DNA of 64,000 nt, taken from the IMG/VR virus record IMGVR_UViG_3300025168_000067, positions 8,633-72,632 of that record. The stretch is one strand, 5' to 3'. This document shows positions 19,485 through 29,721 of this stretch, piece by piece. Origin of the DNA: a virus. Position numbers and translations under genes: made by a program. How positions within the stretch are numbered: position 1 is the first letter of the stretch; each line of letters opens with the position of its first letter. Under the pieces are notes generated by a model. That model saw nothing but the letters and a program-made list of their open reading frames with translations, was not told the origin of the DNA and searched no databases.

Positions 19485-20611
19485 TGGCTAAAAAAGCAAA
19501 AGAAACCAAAGCCGGCCGCGTATCAATGCAAGACTTAATGAGTCTTGTTAATAAGAAGGCCGGCAGACATGTCGCACACGACTTAACCGGCGAGAACCCA
19601 ACAGAGGTCAAAGAGTGGATCTCCACAGGATCTCGTTGGCTTGACAGTATCATCTGTAAAGGACAAGTAGCCGGCATTCCCGTCGGTAAAGTGTCCGAAC
19701 TTGCCGGCCTCACGTCGACAGGCAAGTCATATATGGCAGCTCAGATCGCCGCAAATGCCCAGAAACAGGGCAAGATAGTTGTTTATTTTGATTCAGAGTC
19801 TGCCATCGACCCCGACTTCTTAGAGCGCGCAGGATGCGACCTAAGCCGCTTAATGTATATCCAGGCAACCTCTGTGGAGTTTGTACTGGAGACTGTGGAA
19901 GAATTGTTGGGAGCATCGGATGATCAGCTTTTGTTTATCTGGGACTCTCTCGCATTCACACCGTCAGTATCCGACGTTGAAGGAGACTTCAACCCTCAGT
20001 CATCGATGGCAGTGAAAGCACGTATTCTTGCGAAGGGCATGTCTAAGTTGGTGATCCCTATTGCAGATAAACAGGCAACATTACTGGTTCTCAATCAATT
20101 GAAAACTAATATACCGTCAGGCCCGAATGCACGCATTATTGCGATGACAACACCCTATATGACCCCGGGCGGCAAAGCCCTCCACTATTCATATTCACTA
20201 CGCATCTGGCTGACAGGGCGAAAAGCAAAGTCAGCGTTTGTTGAAGATGATAAGGGTTTTCGCATCGGATCAGAGGTCAAGGCAAAGATCGAGAAGTCGC
20301 GCTTTGGCACCCAAGGACGAAACTGTGCCTTCCGTATTTTGTGGGGTACAGAGGATGTGGGCATCAATGATGAAGAGTCGTGGCTGGATGCAGTCAAAAG
20401 TTCTGAGTTCTTAAAATGTGCCGGTTCGTGGTATACATTAGAAATGCCGGATGGCTATACAAAGAAATTCCAGCCATCTAGATGGGCCGAGATCATCAAG
20501 GCCGATGAAGAATTCCGGAATAAGATTGTCCAATTAATGGATGAAGAAGTTGTTCAAAAATTTGACAAGCGCGAAGGCAAAGCGGAAGATTTCTATAACG
20601 ATCCCGAGTAA
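19484..20611 (+). CDS. recA: RecA/UvsX recombinase
   Basis: ISTGS..LD, Walker A GLTSTGKS, YFDSESA, WDSLA, NQLK, TPGGKALHY. Confidence 0.93.
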   Translation: MAKKAKETKAGRVSMQDLMSLVNKKAGRHVAHDLTGENPTEVKEWISTGSRWLDSIICKGQVAGIPVGKVSELAGLTSTGKSYMAAQIAANAQKQGKIVVYFDSESAIDPDFLERAGCDLSRLMYIQATSVEFVLETVEELLGASDDQLLFIWDSLAFTPSVSDVEGDFNPQSSMAVKARILAKGMSKLVIPIADKQATLLVLNQLKTNIPSGPNARIIAMTTPYMTPGGKALHYSYSLRIWLTGRKAKSAFVEDDKGFRIGSEVKAKIEKSRFGTQGRNCAFRILWGTEDVGINDEESWLDAVKSSEFLKCAGSWYTLEMPDGYTKKFQPSRWAEIIKADEEFRNKIVQLMDEEVVQKFDKREGKAEDFYNDPE

Positions 20612-20615
20612 ACAC

Positions 20616-20644
20616 TTGACAGCAAGCCATGGCTGTGATATATT
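20616..20644 (+). promoter_or_regulatory. sigma70-type promoter
   Basis: TTGACA-N17-TATATT with TG extension, between recA and the deaminase. Confidence 0.7.
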
Positions 20645-20671
20645 AGATATATAAGCTTGTAGGAGGGCTTC

Positions 20672-21115
20672 GTGTCGACAGTAGCAAAAGAATATGAGTC
20701 GCCATATAGCGCTACTAAGTTTCATGCGTACAGCGGGAAAGTTAAGAGGTACATGAACCTCGCACGTCAAGCAGCAGAGCAGAGCGCCCTACCAGACTAC
20801 CGCCATGGCGCGGTACTTATAAAGGGTAGCGTGCGAAATGTATCGACAAATAAGAACGGCTACTGTGCCTTTGGCTCTCGCTTTCAACACGAGCACGATG
20901 GTGTCAGCACACTCCATGCAGAACTCGGTGCAATACTGGGTGTCGATAGAAGTATCACAGAGGGAGCCACGGTCTATATCGCAAGAATAGGCAAGGCAGG
21001 AAAATACAAAATATCAAAGCCGTGCCCAATGTGCCACGCGGCTATGAAGCACGTCGGAATAAAAAAAGTCGTCTATACTATTGACAATAAGGTCGCAGGG
21101 AGTTATAAACTATAA
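20672..21115 (+). CDS. Zinc-dependent cytidine/dCMP deaminase-fold protein
   Basis: HGAVL, LHAE, SKPCPMC, GIKKVVY. Confidence 0.8.
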   Translation: MSTVAKEYESPYSATKFHAYSGKVKRYMNLARQAAEQSALPDYRHGAVLIKGSVRNVSTNKNGYCAFGSRFQHEHDGVSTLHAELGAILGVDRSITEGATVYIARIGKAGKYKISKPCPMCHAAMKHVGIKKVVYTIDNKVAGSYKL

Positions 21116-21118
21116 ACT

Positions 21119-21583
21119 ATGAATATATTTGTACTACACAAGGAACCACAAAAGGCAGCTATTATGGCATGCGACAAGCATGTTGTAAAAATGATCTTAG
21201 AAACCGCCCAAATGATGTGCACGGTTGTTGCCTCATACGGCCACCACCCCCCATACCGACCCACTCACGCCAAGCACCCGTGTACTGTTTGGGCCGGCCA
21301 ATCTAGAGCTAACTGGGATTGGCTGATCGAATATGGAATGGAGTTGTGTGCTGAATATACCAAGAGGTATGGCAAGATCCACAAGAGCCAGAGCGTTATC
21401 GAGCGCTGTGCGATGACTCACATCGATCTTCCAAATATTCCGCGTACGCCATTTGCACAAGCGATGCCACCACAGTATCGAAATGAGTGTGTCGTTACCG
21501 CCTATCGTGCATATTATCATGGCGAGAAAGCAAGTTTCGCCACATGGAAAACGAAAGCCCCTACCTGGTGGAAACCCCAATGA
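21119..21583 (+). CDS. Pyrimidine dimer DNA glycosylase-family protein
   Basis: MNIFVL..CDKHVVKMILETAQM, HAKHPCTVW, EYTKRYGKIHKS, AYRAYY. Confidence 0.8.
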   Translation: MNIFVLHKEPQKAAIMACDKHVVKMILETAQMMCTVVASYGHHPPYRPTHAKHPCTVWAGQSRANWDWLIEYGMELCAEYTKRYGKIHKSQSVIERCAMTHIDLPNIPRTPFAQAMPPQYRNECVVTAYRAYYHGEKASFATWKTKAPTWWKPQ

Positions 21584-21610
21584 GGAATACCAGAATAAGA
21601 GAGATAGCTT

Positions 21611-21829
21611 ATGAAAACGGGTGATCTAGTTAAAATGATTTGTGAGATAAACGATACGGATGAGGACTACAATTCGATCCTATCAACAGAAACCCGTGTT
21701 GGCTTATACAACAAGATGATCGACATGGACAGCAGCTTTTATGGCGATAAACATCAGGTTTATGTCGAGGGCGAATTAAGAGAGTATAGCGAAAAGCTAT
21801 GGAAAGTAGAGGTATTGAATGAGCGATAA
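21611..21829 (+). CDS. Small MKxGDLV-type SH3-like protein
   Basis: Starts MKTGDLVK and ends KVEVLNER; same family as the 59-64 kb array. Confidence 0.65.
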   Translation: MKTGDLVKMICEINDTDEDYNSILSTETRVGLYNKMIDMDSSFYGDKHQVYVEGELREYSEKLWKVEVLNER

Positions 21830-22787
21830 AAAGAAGAGAGTCTTATTAATAGACAGTCTGAATATGTTTATTAGAGCATATATTATGGACCCGAGCCTAA
21901 CAATGGGCGGCAATCCGTGTGGGGGCATTAAGGGGACACTAAAAATCCTTCAAAAGCTAGTGAGAGAGACAAAGCCCGATGAGATTGTGTTCATCTGGGA
22001 TGGTCCTGGTGGCTCAAACAAGCGCAAGGCTATTAATAAGAACTACAAAGCCGGCCGCAAGCCAATCCGCCTCAATCGGAGTGTAAAAAACCTCACAGAA
22101 GATGAGGAAATGAAAAACAAGGTATGGCAGCAAATGCGCCTGATGGAATATTTGAATGAGATGCCTATCATTCAAATAATTCTCCCAGAGGTAGAGGCAG
22201 ATGACGTGATTGCACACCTTACTCATCTATCGCATTATGACGGCTGGCAGAAGGTGATCATATCGAACGACCAAGACTTCTATCAACTATGCGATGACGA
22301 AACTGTTGTGTTTCGTCCTGTTAAAAAGGCAGTATATAATAAGAAGAAGATCATTGAGGAACTTGGTGTTCATCCACGAAATATGGCACTTGCAAGAGCC
22401 CTGATCGGCGACTCGTCCGACAACTTGCCGGGCATTAAGGGCGTAGGTTTTAAAACAATCGAGAAGCGACTGAGTTTCTTGGGTTCGGACAAAGACTATA
22501 CGATTGATGATGTGATCGAATATTGTGAGAACACAGGCTCAAAATTAAAGTTTCATACGAACATCGTCGAGGGCAAAGAAATTATAGCTCACAATTATAA
22601 GATGATGCAACTTTATTCTCCGATGCTTTCGATTCAATCAAAAGACTTCGTTCAGAACGCAGTTGAAAATTTTGAGTGTGTTTTCAACAAGATAGAGATA
22701 ATGAAAAATATGAGAGACGATGGGTTCGGAGAATTAAACTGGAAAGACCTCGAACTTCACCTGAATAAGATCAATTCAGTCACCTAA
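21819..22787 (+). CDS. 5'-3' exonuclease / flap endonuclease (PolA N-terminal / T4 RNase H family)
   Basis: LLIDSLN, WDG, YKAGR, EADDVIA, SNDQDFYQL, GDSSDNLPGIKGVG. Confidence 0.92.
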   Translation: MSDKKKRVLLIDSLNMFIRAYIMDPSLTMGGNPCGGIKGTLKILQKLVRETKPDEIVFIWDGPGGSNKRKAINKNYKAGRKPIRLNRSVKNLTEDEEMKNKVWQQMRLMEYLNEMPIIQIILPEVEADDVIAHLTHLSHYDGWQKVIISNDQDFYQLCDDETVVFRPVKKAVYNKKKIIEELGVHPRNMALARALIGDSSDNLPGIKGVGFKTIEKRLSFLGSDKDYTIDDVIEYCENTGSKLKFHTNIVEGKEIIAHNYKMMQLYSPMLSIQSKDFVQNAVENFECVFNKIEIMKNMRDDGFGELNWKDLELHLNKINSVT

Positions 22788-22792
22788 ATTAC

Positions 22793-22820
22793 TTGACTTT
22801 ACAGTGAGAACTGTTATACT
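22793..22820 (+). promoter_or_regulatory. sigma70-type promoter upstream of the helicase
   Basis: TTGACT-N16-TATACT with TG extension. Confidence 0.55.
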
Positions 22821-22846
22821 TATAGATACAAAACGTGAGGTGATAC

Positions 22847-24223
22847 TTGTCTGAAAAAGCAAGCTTTTCGCGCTACGGTAAATCGTTCCAAGAGGGGCTC
22901 GTCCAACTCATTTATGAGGACCGTCCCTTTGCCGATCAAATTACTGAAGTGCTCGATATTCAATTTCTGGAACTCGAATACCTTCGTGTATTCGTCGATA
23001 AAATTATAAAATACAGAGATAGATACAGCAAGCACCCGTCTGCCGAAGCAATTATCACCACCCTTCGCACTGATCTCGACAACGAAGACGAAGTCGTGCG
23101 GCAACAGGTGAGAGAATACTACGCGAGAATATTAAAGAAAGAACTCACAGACAGAGAATATATTAAAGAACAATCGCTCGACTTTTGCCGAAAGCAGAAC
23201 CTCAAAGAAGCGATGTTAAAATCAGTTGGGTTGCTTCAAACTTGCTCATTTGATGAAATCTCAAATGTCATCAACAACTCACTTAAACTCGGCTCAGACA
23301 ACAATTTTGGTTATGATTACCTAGCAGACTTCGAAGAGCGCTTCGTGCCCAAGTTCAGACACCCCGTTAGCACCGGCTGGAAGGATATGGATAGCATTTG
23401 CGGTGGAGGCCTAGGCAAGAGCGAGTTGGGAGTCGTAATTGCCCCCACGGGCGCCGGAAAGAGCATGGTTTTGGTCCATCTTGGATCAGAGGGGCTCAAA
23501 GAAAACAAGGTGGTAGTTCATTACACAATGGAACTACAATCAACAGTAATTGCTGGGCGTTATGATAGTTGTCTGACCGGCTACCCACTCAACGACCTAC
23601 CAAACTTTAAGGACGAGATCTATGAGATGGTTAAAAATATTGGTGGAAAACTTATCATCAAAGAGTACCCAACTAAATCAGCTTCTACCGCAACTATCAA
23701 AACTCATTTAACAAAGTTGTTAAAGAGAGGGATAAAACCTGATATGATAATTGTGGATTACGCAGACTTATTAAGACCGGTCGTGATTCGCAAGGAGAAG
23801 AGAACCGAGTTGGAATCTATTTATGAAGAGTTGCGTGGGATCTCAACAGAATATGGGTGCCCTGTGTGGACAGCTTCGCAAACAAACAGAAGCGGCCTTA
23901 ATGCGGAAGTTATCACAATGGAGCAGATCTCGGAAGCATTCAATAAATGTTTTGTAGCCGATTTCATCTTCTCGGTGTCTCGCAGCATCGAAGATAAACA
24001 AAACAATCTAGGCAAAATATTCATAGCAAAAAATAGAAATGGGCCAGACGGCATGATATACGATATATTCATGGACACCTCGTGCGTGAATATTAAGATA
24101 ATGCCAAAACTGACACCATCCGGACCAGCCGGCTTAATCCCGCTAAACCCAGTTACCCTGACCCCCAAAGCGCAAAGGGGCTTACTACATAATAAATACG
24201 AAAAGTTTAGAAAAAGGAAATAA
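22847..24223 (+). CDS. dnaB: Replicative DnaB-family helicase
   Basis: STGW..D..GGL, APTGAGKS, YTMEL, IVDYADL, WTASQTNR, AKNRNGP. Confidence 0.9.
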   Translation: MSEKASFSRYGKSFQEGLVQLIYEDRPFADQITEVLDIQFLELEYLRVFVDKIIKYRDRYSKHPSAEAIITTLRTDLDNEDEVVRQQVREYYARILKKELTDREYIKEQSLDFCRKQNLKEAMLKSVGLLQTCSFDEISNVINNSLKLGSDNNFGYDYLADFEERFVPKFRHPVSTGWKDMDSICGGGLGKSELGVVIAPTGAGKSMVLVHLGSEGLKENKVVVHYTMELQSTVIAGRYDSCLTGYPLNDLPNFKDEIYEMVKNIGGKLIIKEYPTKSASTATIKTHLTKLLKRGIKPDMIIVDYADLLRPVVIRKEKRTELESIYEELRGISTEYGCPVWTASQTNRSGLNAEVITMEQISEAFNKCFVADFIFSVSRSIEDKQNNLGKIFIAKNRNGPDGMIYDIFMDTSCVNIKIMPKLTPSGPAGLIPLNPVTLTPKAQRGLLHNKYEKFRKRK

Positions 24224-24228
24224 ACACA

Positions 24229-26196
24229 ATGAGAACTATTGAAAACATACGCAGATTCAGATTATCCGACACATTTATCGAGCCGTACAAAAAAGCAGAG
24301 GTGCCCTGGGGGCCGATCGGTTACATCACATACAAACGCACATATTCAAGGCGCTTGAGTGAATTTGATCCACAAGCAACTGGCACCGAAGAGTGGCACC
24401 AGACTTGCCGCCGTGTGATTGAGGGAATGTTTAATGTTCAGAAACAGCACGTTGTTATGTTGGGGCTAGGGTGGAATGATCAGAAAGCACAGGCGACTGC
24501 CAAGGATGCATATGATCGGCTATTCAACCTGAAATGGACTCCCCCTGGCCGCGGCCTATGGATGATGGGGACAAAGTTTGTAGAAGAGAAAACTGGGGCC
24601 GCATTGTTTAACTGCGCTTTTCGCTCAACCAAAGAGTTAGCCACCAAGGGCGGCTACTTATTCGCTTGGATGATGGACGCATTAATGCTCGGTGTCGGCG
24701 TTGGTTTTGACACTCTTGGGGCAAACACATTTACGATCAAAGAGCCAGAATACACAGGTGACGTACTTGTGATCGATGACAGTCGCGAAGGCTGGGTCAA
24801 TTCGGTGCACACCCTTCTTGATGGCTTCTTTTTAGGCGCCAAGGTTCCAAAGTATGATTATACTGCCATCCGGCCCCCGGGTTCCAAGATCAATGGGTTT
24901 GGGGGTACTGCATCCGGTCATGGCCCACTATTGGAATTACATGAAAACCTGATGGAGTTATTCGCCTCTAAAATTGGAGAGCCCATCTCATCAGTCGATA
25001 TTGTTGATACAGAAAACCTCATCGGTCGGTGTGTGGTCGCTGGAAATGTTCGCCGCTCCGCTGCTCTTGCGATGGGGAATTACGACGACAAACGTTATCT
25101 TGAGATGAAAAACGATCAAGAGAAACTATATCATCATCGATGGGGTTCCAACAATTCCTTCAATGCTGTGGTTGGGATGGACTATACCTGGCACGCAAAA
25201 CAGAGCAAAATGAATGGCGAACCCGGATATATCTGGTTGCGAAATGCACAAACCAGGGGCCGGTTCAAAGATGACGAACGATTAGACGATGTTAATGTGG
25301 CAGGGTTCAACCCCTGCTCGGAACAGCAACTTCACGATGGTGAGTGCTGCTGTTTAGTGGAGACATTTCCCGCAAAGCACGAGACATACGATGATTATCT
25401 AAAAACTCTTAAGTGCGCGTATCTATATGGTAAGACAGTTACACTGGTCAATACCCATTGGCCCGAGACTAACGCTATGATGCTGAAGAACCGCCGCATT
25501 GGTCTCTCACAGTCTGGTATTGTACAGGCGTTTAACAAACATGGCCGACGCAATATGTTAAAGTGGTGTGATGACGCTTATGAGCATGTTCAATTGCTTG
25601 ATAAAGAATACTCAGACTGGCTCTGTGTTCCCAAGTCGATCAGAACAACTTCTATTAAGCCATCGGGAACAGTATCCTTGTTGAATGGCTCTACACCCGG
25701 AATCCATTTTCCAGAGGATGAATACTATATTAGACGTATTAGGTTCTCAAAAGATTCAAAATTACTTGACAGTATCAGAGAAGCAGGTTATACTATGGAG
25801 GATGATGAATATTCTCCGAATACTACTTGTGTCGAATTTCCTGTTAAAGAGCCGTATTTTCACAAAGGAAAACGGGATGTATCGATGTGGGAACAACTTG
25901 AAATTGCTGCCCAGTATCAACATTATTGGGCCGATAACGCCGTGTCTGTTACTATCACGTTCAAAGATGATGAGGCAGACCAAATTAAAAGTGCTCTTGA
26001 ATTATATGAGACAAGACTAAAGGCAGTATCGTTCCTTAGATACAAAGAAACCGGATACAAACAAGCACCATACGAACCAATAACGAAAGAAGAATACGAA
26101 GAGAGAATAAAGAAAGTAGTTCAAATCCAGCGTATTGATACTGAAGAAGCCGGCGAAGGAACTAAATTCTGTACAAACGATACTTGCACAATTTAA
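24229..26196 (+). CDS. nrdJ: Class II (B12-dependent) ribonucleotide reductase, monomeric RTPR type
   Basis: PPGRGLW, FNCAF, VAGNVRRSA, FNPCSEQ, TSIKPSGTVS, C-terminal CTNDTC redox pair; no beta subunit gene nearby. Confidence 0.9.
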   Translation: MRTIENIRRFRLSDTFIEPYKKAEVPWGPIGYITYKRTYSRRLSEFDPQATGTEEWHQTCRRVIEGMFNVQKQHVVMLGLGWNDQKAQATAKDAYDRLFNLKWTPPGRGLWMMGTKFVEEKTGAALFNCAFRSTKELATKGGYLFAWMMDALMLGVGVGFDTLGANTFTIKEPEYTGDVLVIDDSREGWVNSVHTLLDGFFLGAKVPKYDYTAIRPPGSKINGFGGTASGHGPLLELHENLMELFASKIGEPISSVDIVDTENLIGRCVVAGNVRRSAALAMGNYDDKRYLEMKNDQEKLYHHRWGSNNSFNAVVGMDYTWHAKQSKMNGEPGYIWLRNAQTRGRFKDDERLDDVNVAGFNPCSEQQLHDGECCCLVETFPAKHETYDDYLKTLKCAYLYGKTVTLVNTHWPETNAMMLKNRRIGLSQSGIVQAFNKHGRRNMLKWCDDAYEHVQLLDKEYSDWLCVPKSIRTTSIKPSGTVSLLNGSTPGIHFPEDEYYIRRIRFSKDSKLLDSIREAGYTMEDDEYSPNTTCVEFPVKEPYFHKGKRDVSMWEQLEIAAQYQHYWADNAVSVTITFKDDEADQIKSALELYETRLKAVSFLRYKETGYKQAPYEPITKEEYEERIKKVVQIQRIDTEEAGEGTKFCTNDTCTI

Positions 26197-26206
26197 TGAG
26201 ATATAG

Positions 26207-26437
26207 ATGAATTTTAACCACTTAATAGAAAGAAGCGACCTAAAAAGAAAGTGCGGCACCCTCGGACATATAGAGTGTTACTATCAACCCGTTGGTGACG
26301 GACAAACTACGGCTGGGAACAACTACCATGTTACAATGAACTGTAAGAATTGTGGCCGTAGAACCGAAGTATTCATGTCCGAGAGACAGTATAAACTACA
26401 CAGCAATGTTTTAGAAAGAGAGATAAGCAGTGTTTAA
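26207..26437 (+). CDS. Hypothetical Zn-ribbon protein
   Basis: C..GH and CKNC motifs; coupled to groES. Confidence 0.55.
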   Translation: MNFNHLIERSDLKRKCGTLGHIECYYQPVGDGQTTAGNNYHVTMNCKNCGRRTEVFMSERQYKLHSNVLEREISSV

Positions 26438-26699
26438 CCCAGTTAATAGATATATTCTGATTGATATCCCGGCAAAGGAAGCAGAGACAGAATCTCTGAT
26501 TGTGTTACCAGAAGATTACAAACCGGAAGAAGAAAGATATTTGAAAGTTACGGTCCTACAAGCCGCTGAAGATGTTAGGTTTAAGCTGCCTCGTCTCGCA
26601 ACGCTGGTTGTCGACCGGTCAATGATCGAGGAGATAAAAGTTGGTGGATCTATTTATAGTGTCATCTTGGACAATTATGTCGTGGGAAAGATTGAGTAA
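26430..26699 (+). CDS. groES: Co-chaperonin GroES-like
   Basis: FNPVNRYILID, mobile-loop-like LIVLPE, 89 aa, ends VVGKIE; GroEL is present in the window. Confidence 0.65.
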   Translation: MFNPVNRYILIDIPAKEAETESLIVLPEDYKPEEERYLKVTVLQAAEDVRFKLPRLATLVVDRSMIEEIKVGGSIYSVILDNYVVGKIE

Positions 26700-26715
26700 A
26701 TGGGGCACTTATTAA

Positions 26716-27648
26716 ATGGACAAGCACTTTTACAACGAGGCGTCGGCCAAAAAACTAGGCTGGGAACCATCGTGGTTTGGTGAAAGATACTTTGACGACA
26801 AGTTAGTCCGCGCTATTAAAAAGTGGCAAAAAAGCCATGACATAGTAGGGGATGGCCTCTGCGGGCCCATGACATTTAGGCGCCTGTGGTCTGAGCGCCA
26901 AGCTAATATTGATGATCACAAACCATCGGATGCACACTATTCTAACTATATTATATATAACGGGGAGTTCCACCCGATAGAATGGGATAAGTTTGTTCTA
27001 TGGAGTGAAAAAGGCGGGCTAGAGACAAGAAGGGGAAACTATTACGACTACTCTGGCCGGCCCAAACGTAAGATCAGATATTTTGTCAATCACTGGGACG
27101 CATGCTTATCATCTAAATCAACTCAAAACATCTTAGATAGACGCGGCATTTCAGTTCATTTCCTTATTGATAACGATGGAACAATATACCAAACTCTTGA
27201 TCTCCAGCACGCCGCGTGGCATGCTGGTTCTTCTAGAACAAACCGTCCTTCTGTTGGTGTTGAGATCACAAACGCATACTATCCAAAATACCAAGACTGG
27301 TATATAGACCACGGCTTCGGCGAGAGGCCTATTATAGAAGGGGCTTGGGTCCATGGTAATCGGCTTGATCCATTCCTGGGGTTTTATCCCAAACAAATAG
27401 AAGCTGCTAAGGCTCTATGGAAAGCAATCAATGGCGCAACGGGTATTCCCTATGAAACCCCAATGGGCCAGTTCGGGAAGACCTCGACAAAATACGAACA
27501 AGATGTGGCATATGGAGACTTCACCGGGTTTGTAAGCCACTACCACATTAATAAAGGCAAAATAGACTGTGCTGGTCTTGATCTTCGAACGCTTCTGGAT
27601 GAAGTTAAATATGACATTGATATTTTTGATACCATAAAGAACAAATAA
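26716..27648 (+). CDS. N-acetylmuramoyl-L-alanine amidase with peptidoglycan-binding domain (endolysin candidate)
   Basis: AIKKWQKSH..DGLCGPMT (PG-binding); VNHWD, SVHFLIDNDGTIYQ, AWHAG, SVGVEI, VSH..KIDC (Amidase_2). Confidence 0.88.
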   Translation: MDKHFYNEASAKKLGWEPSWFGERYFDDKLVRAIKKWQKSHDIVGDGLCGPMTFRRLWSERQANIDDHKPSDAHYSNYIIYNGEFHPIEWDKFVLWSEKGGLETRRGNYYDYSGRPKRKIRYFVNHWDACLSSKSTQNILDRRGISVHFLIDNDGTIYQTLDLQHAAWHAGSSRTNRPSVGVEITNAYYPKYQDWYIDHGFGERPIIEGAWVHGNRLDPFLGFYPKQIEAAKALWKAINGATGIPYETPMGQFGKTSTKYEQDVAYGDFTGFVSHYHINKGKIDCAGLDLRTLLDEVKYDIDIFDTIKNK

Positions 27649-27657
27649 GGAAGTAGG

Positions 27658-28596
27658 TTGTTCGAGTATGACAAGATAGTAGTTGGCAGTTCTTTGGAAG
27701 CAATGCTGTTTGCTTTTAATAACGAATACCCTATCATCTTTGCGGAAGAGAGAAGGCCGTTCAGGTTTGACCACTTTGAGCCCGAGTTAGATTTGTCGTG
27801 CTTTGGCATAAGAAGAGAAAACATCACACTCACCTCACGTGAGGGAAATAAAGTTGTCGGAACAAAGAAAGAGACATTGTGGGAACACATGATGTTTCTT
27901 ATGTCTCTCAACGGCCAGGTACCTATATCAAATATGGCACACTCTATAAGACACACTGGGGATACCATCACCTGCGCCAACGAGTATAGCAAGATCGCAG
28001 AGATAACCTTTAACGAGTGTTTTTACTTTGGGGATAATAAGAGCACAGGGTTCGTCCACCAGAAAACTATTGACAACAAGAGATATATATGTTATGATAA
28101 TATCGCGTTTCACATAGGAGGGAAGCATGAACTTGACTACATTGAGACAAAGGATAGTTTTGTTGGGGAGGTATGGTTTTATAGTTCCGATCGTATTGAT
28201 GGAAATACTCCTATTAAAGATGCTGTTGCTATCTCATTATTAGATAGCAAACAGTTATTAGACTTTGAATACTCAGAGACAATGGCCCGCTTCAAGTTAA
28301 TTTACGAGATGGAACAGCGAGGTCTAAGAGGAAAGAAAGCTAGTGAACAAACAACGGCAGGAAATGATAAATATTACAAACATAGAACATCTAGCATACA
28401 CCGCCAAACGCGAGAGTGTCCGATTCGACAAGAACCACAAGCCAGCAATATCACGCTTCCGGAAATTAGCGAGGAAGATCTGCTTGAAGATCTATCATCG
28501 GGTTGTTTGGGATACAATAGATTTTTAAAATATTTGGTGGATCCAGATGCGCCCAAGAATACATGTAGCGGGGATAATTCCCGTAGCCAATCTTAA
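27658..28596 (+). CDS. Hypothetical protein with degenerate Rossmann-like N-terminus
   Basis: YDKIVVGSSLEAMLFA resembles the YDxxVxGxGxxG start of FAD oxidoreductases but lacks the glycines. Confidence 0.4.
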   Translation: MFEYDKIVVGSSLEAMLFAFNNEYPIIFAEERRPFRFDHFEPELDLSCFGIRRENITLTSREGNKVVGTKKETLWEHMMFLMSLNGQVPISNMAHSIRHTGDTITCANEYSKIAEITFNECFYFGDNKSTGFVHQKTIDNKRYICYDNIAFHIGGKHELDYIETKDSFVGEVWFYSSDRIDGNTPIKDAVAISLLDSKQLLDFEYSETMARFKLIYEMEQRGLRGKKASEQTTAGNDKYYKHRTSSIHRQTRECPIRQEPQASNITLPEISEEDLLEDLSSGCLGYNRFLKYLVDPDAPKNTCSGDNSRSQS

Positions 28597-29434
28597 AACA
28601 GATTTTGGCCTGAATACTCCTGAGATATTGTCTCCTGTTAATAAGGGTTTTACCGCCATTCAGAAGTCTGTGTTTGAGTGTGCTATGGCTGGTTGTTCTA
28701 CTATTTGGATAGTAGCAAACGATGACTTGGCGCCAATAGTACGAAAGATTATTGGAGAATGGACGTATGACCCGGTTTATTTTCGCCGCCCAGTACGTTT
28801 TAATACGGAAAAACGAGTAGAAATACCTATTTATTACGTGCCTATTCATCCGAAGGACCGCGACCGCCGCGATTCTTATGGGTGGTCTGTTTTATACGGG
28901 GCACACACGGCATGGAAATGCGCACATAATATTTCTAAGTGGATTGTCCCTGACAAGTACTATGTATCATTTCCAATGTCGGCTTACGACATCTACAGTG
29001 TGCGAGAACACCGAAAACTAATAAAACACAAAACCAACAACCTATTTTTATGCTATGACGGCGATACAGTCAAAAATAACATACCAATAGCATTTACTTT
29101 TACAGGAGAAGACTTTAAACAATGCAGACGTTCGGTAAACAAACAAACAACCCGGGAGTATTTACCCCCTTTACTCGGAGACCACTACCCTTCGAAGAAG
29201 CTACCACTGAAAGAGAGGTGGAGCGCGCGCCACTTCAACCTTCAGAAGATATTCGAGAAGATAAGCGAAGTAAGCGCAACATCGATCGAACTTGAATGGT
29301 ATTATGATCTTTCTACATTTGATGGATACTGTTCCTATCTTGGATCAGATAATTTAATAGAAGTCCCCGAAAGCGACTTGACAGCGCCACACAAACATGC
29401 TATGATACCATATAGTGAGGGCGAAGAAGAATGA
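28547..29434 (+). CDS. Degenerate sugar-nucleotidyltransferase-fold protein
   Basis: VAGIIPVA..PEILSPV..AGCSTIWIV and late WYYDLSTFDGY follow the NTP-transferase layout; the canonical GxGTR motif is missing. Confidence 0.5.
   Translation: MRPRIHVAGIIPVANLKTDFGLNTPEILSPVNKGFTAIQKSVFECAMAGCSTIWIVANDDLAPIVRKIIGEWTYDPVYFRRPVRFNTEKRVEIPIYYVPIHPKDRDRRDSYGWSVLYGAHTAWKCAHNISKWIVPDKYYVSFPMSAYDIYSVREHRKLIKHKTNNLFLCYDGDTVKNNIPIAFTFTGEDFKQCRRSVNKQTTREYLPPLLGDHYPSKKLPLKERWSARHFNLQKIFEKISEVSATSIELEWYYDLSTFDGYCSYLGSDNLIEVPESDLTAPHKHAMIPYSEGEEE
29378..29406 (+). promoter_or_regulatory. sigma70-type promoter upstream of the dnaE operon
   Basis: TTGACA-N17-TATGAT with TG extension, inside the 3' end of the upstream gene. 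Confidence 0.6.
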
Positions 29435-29721
29435 GAAACGCACTGCGGTGGGTATGGCACCGCGTTAAGCACAAGTTAGAGCATTTTCGGCCATCAAAAC
29501 TGCTGGATACGCTCAAAGAACACGGCCTGGCACTTGTTGTCATCATCGTTGCTTGGGAAATTATAGAAGATATATTGTTCCCGTTGCTATTCATTTGGCT
29601 GGGTCACAATGTGAACCCATGGTTTATTACTGGCGCACCAATAAGTTGGTTGTTGTGCCTACACCCGATCGCAGTGCCTATTATTTGGGGCATCTGGATC
29701 AAAGTTAGGAGAGAAGAATGA
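29431..29721 (+). CDS. Small membrane protein
   Basis: Two hydrophobic segments; ATGA overlaps with neighbours. Confidence 0.6.
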   Translation: MRNALRWVWHRVKHKLEHFRPSKLLDTLKEHGLALVVIIVAWEIIEDILFPLLFIWLGHNVNPWFITGAPISWLLCLHPIAVPIIWGIWIKVRREE

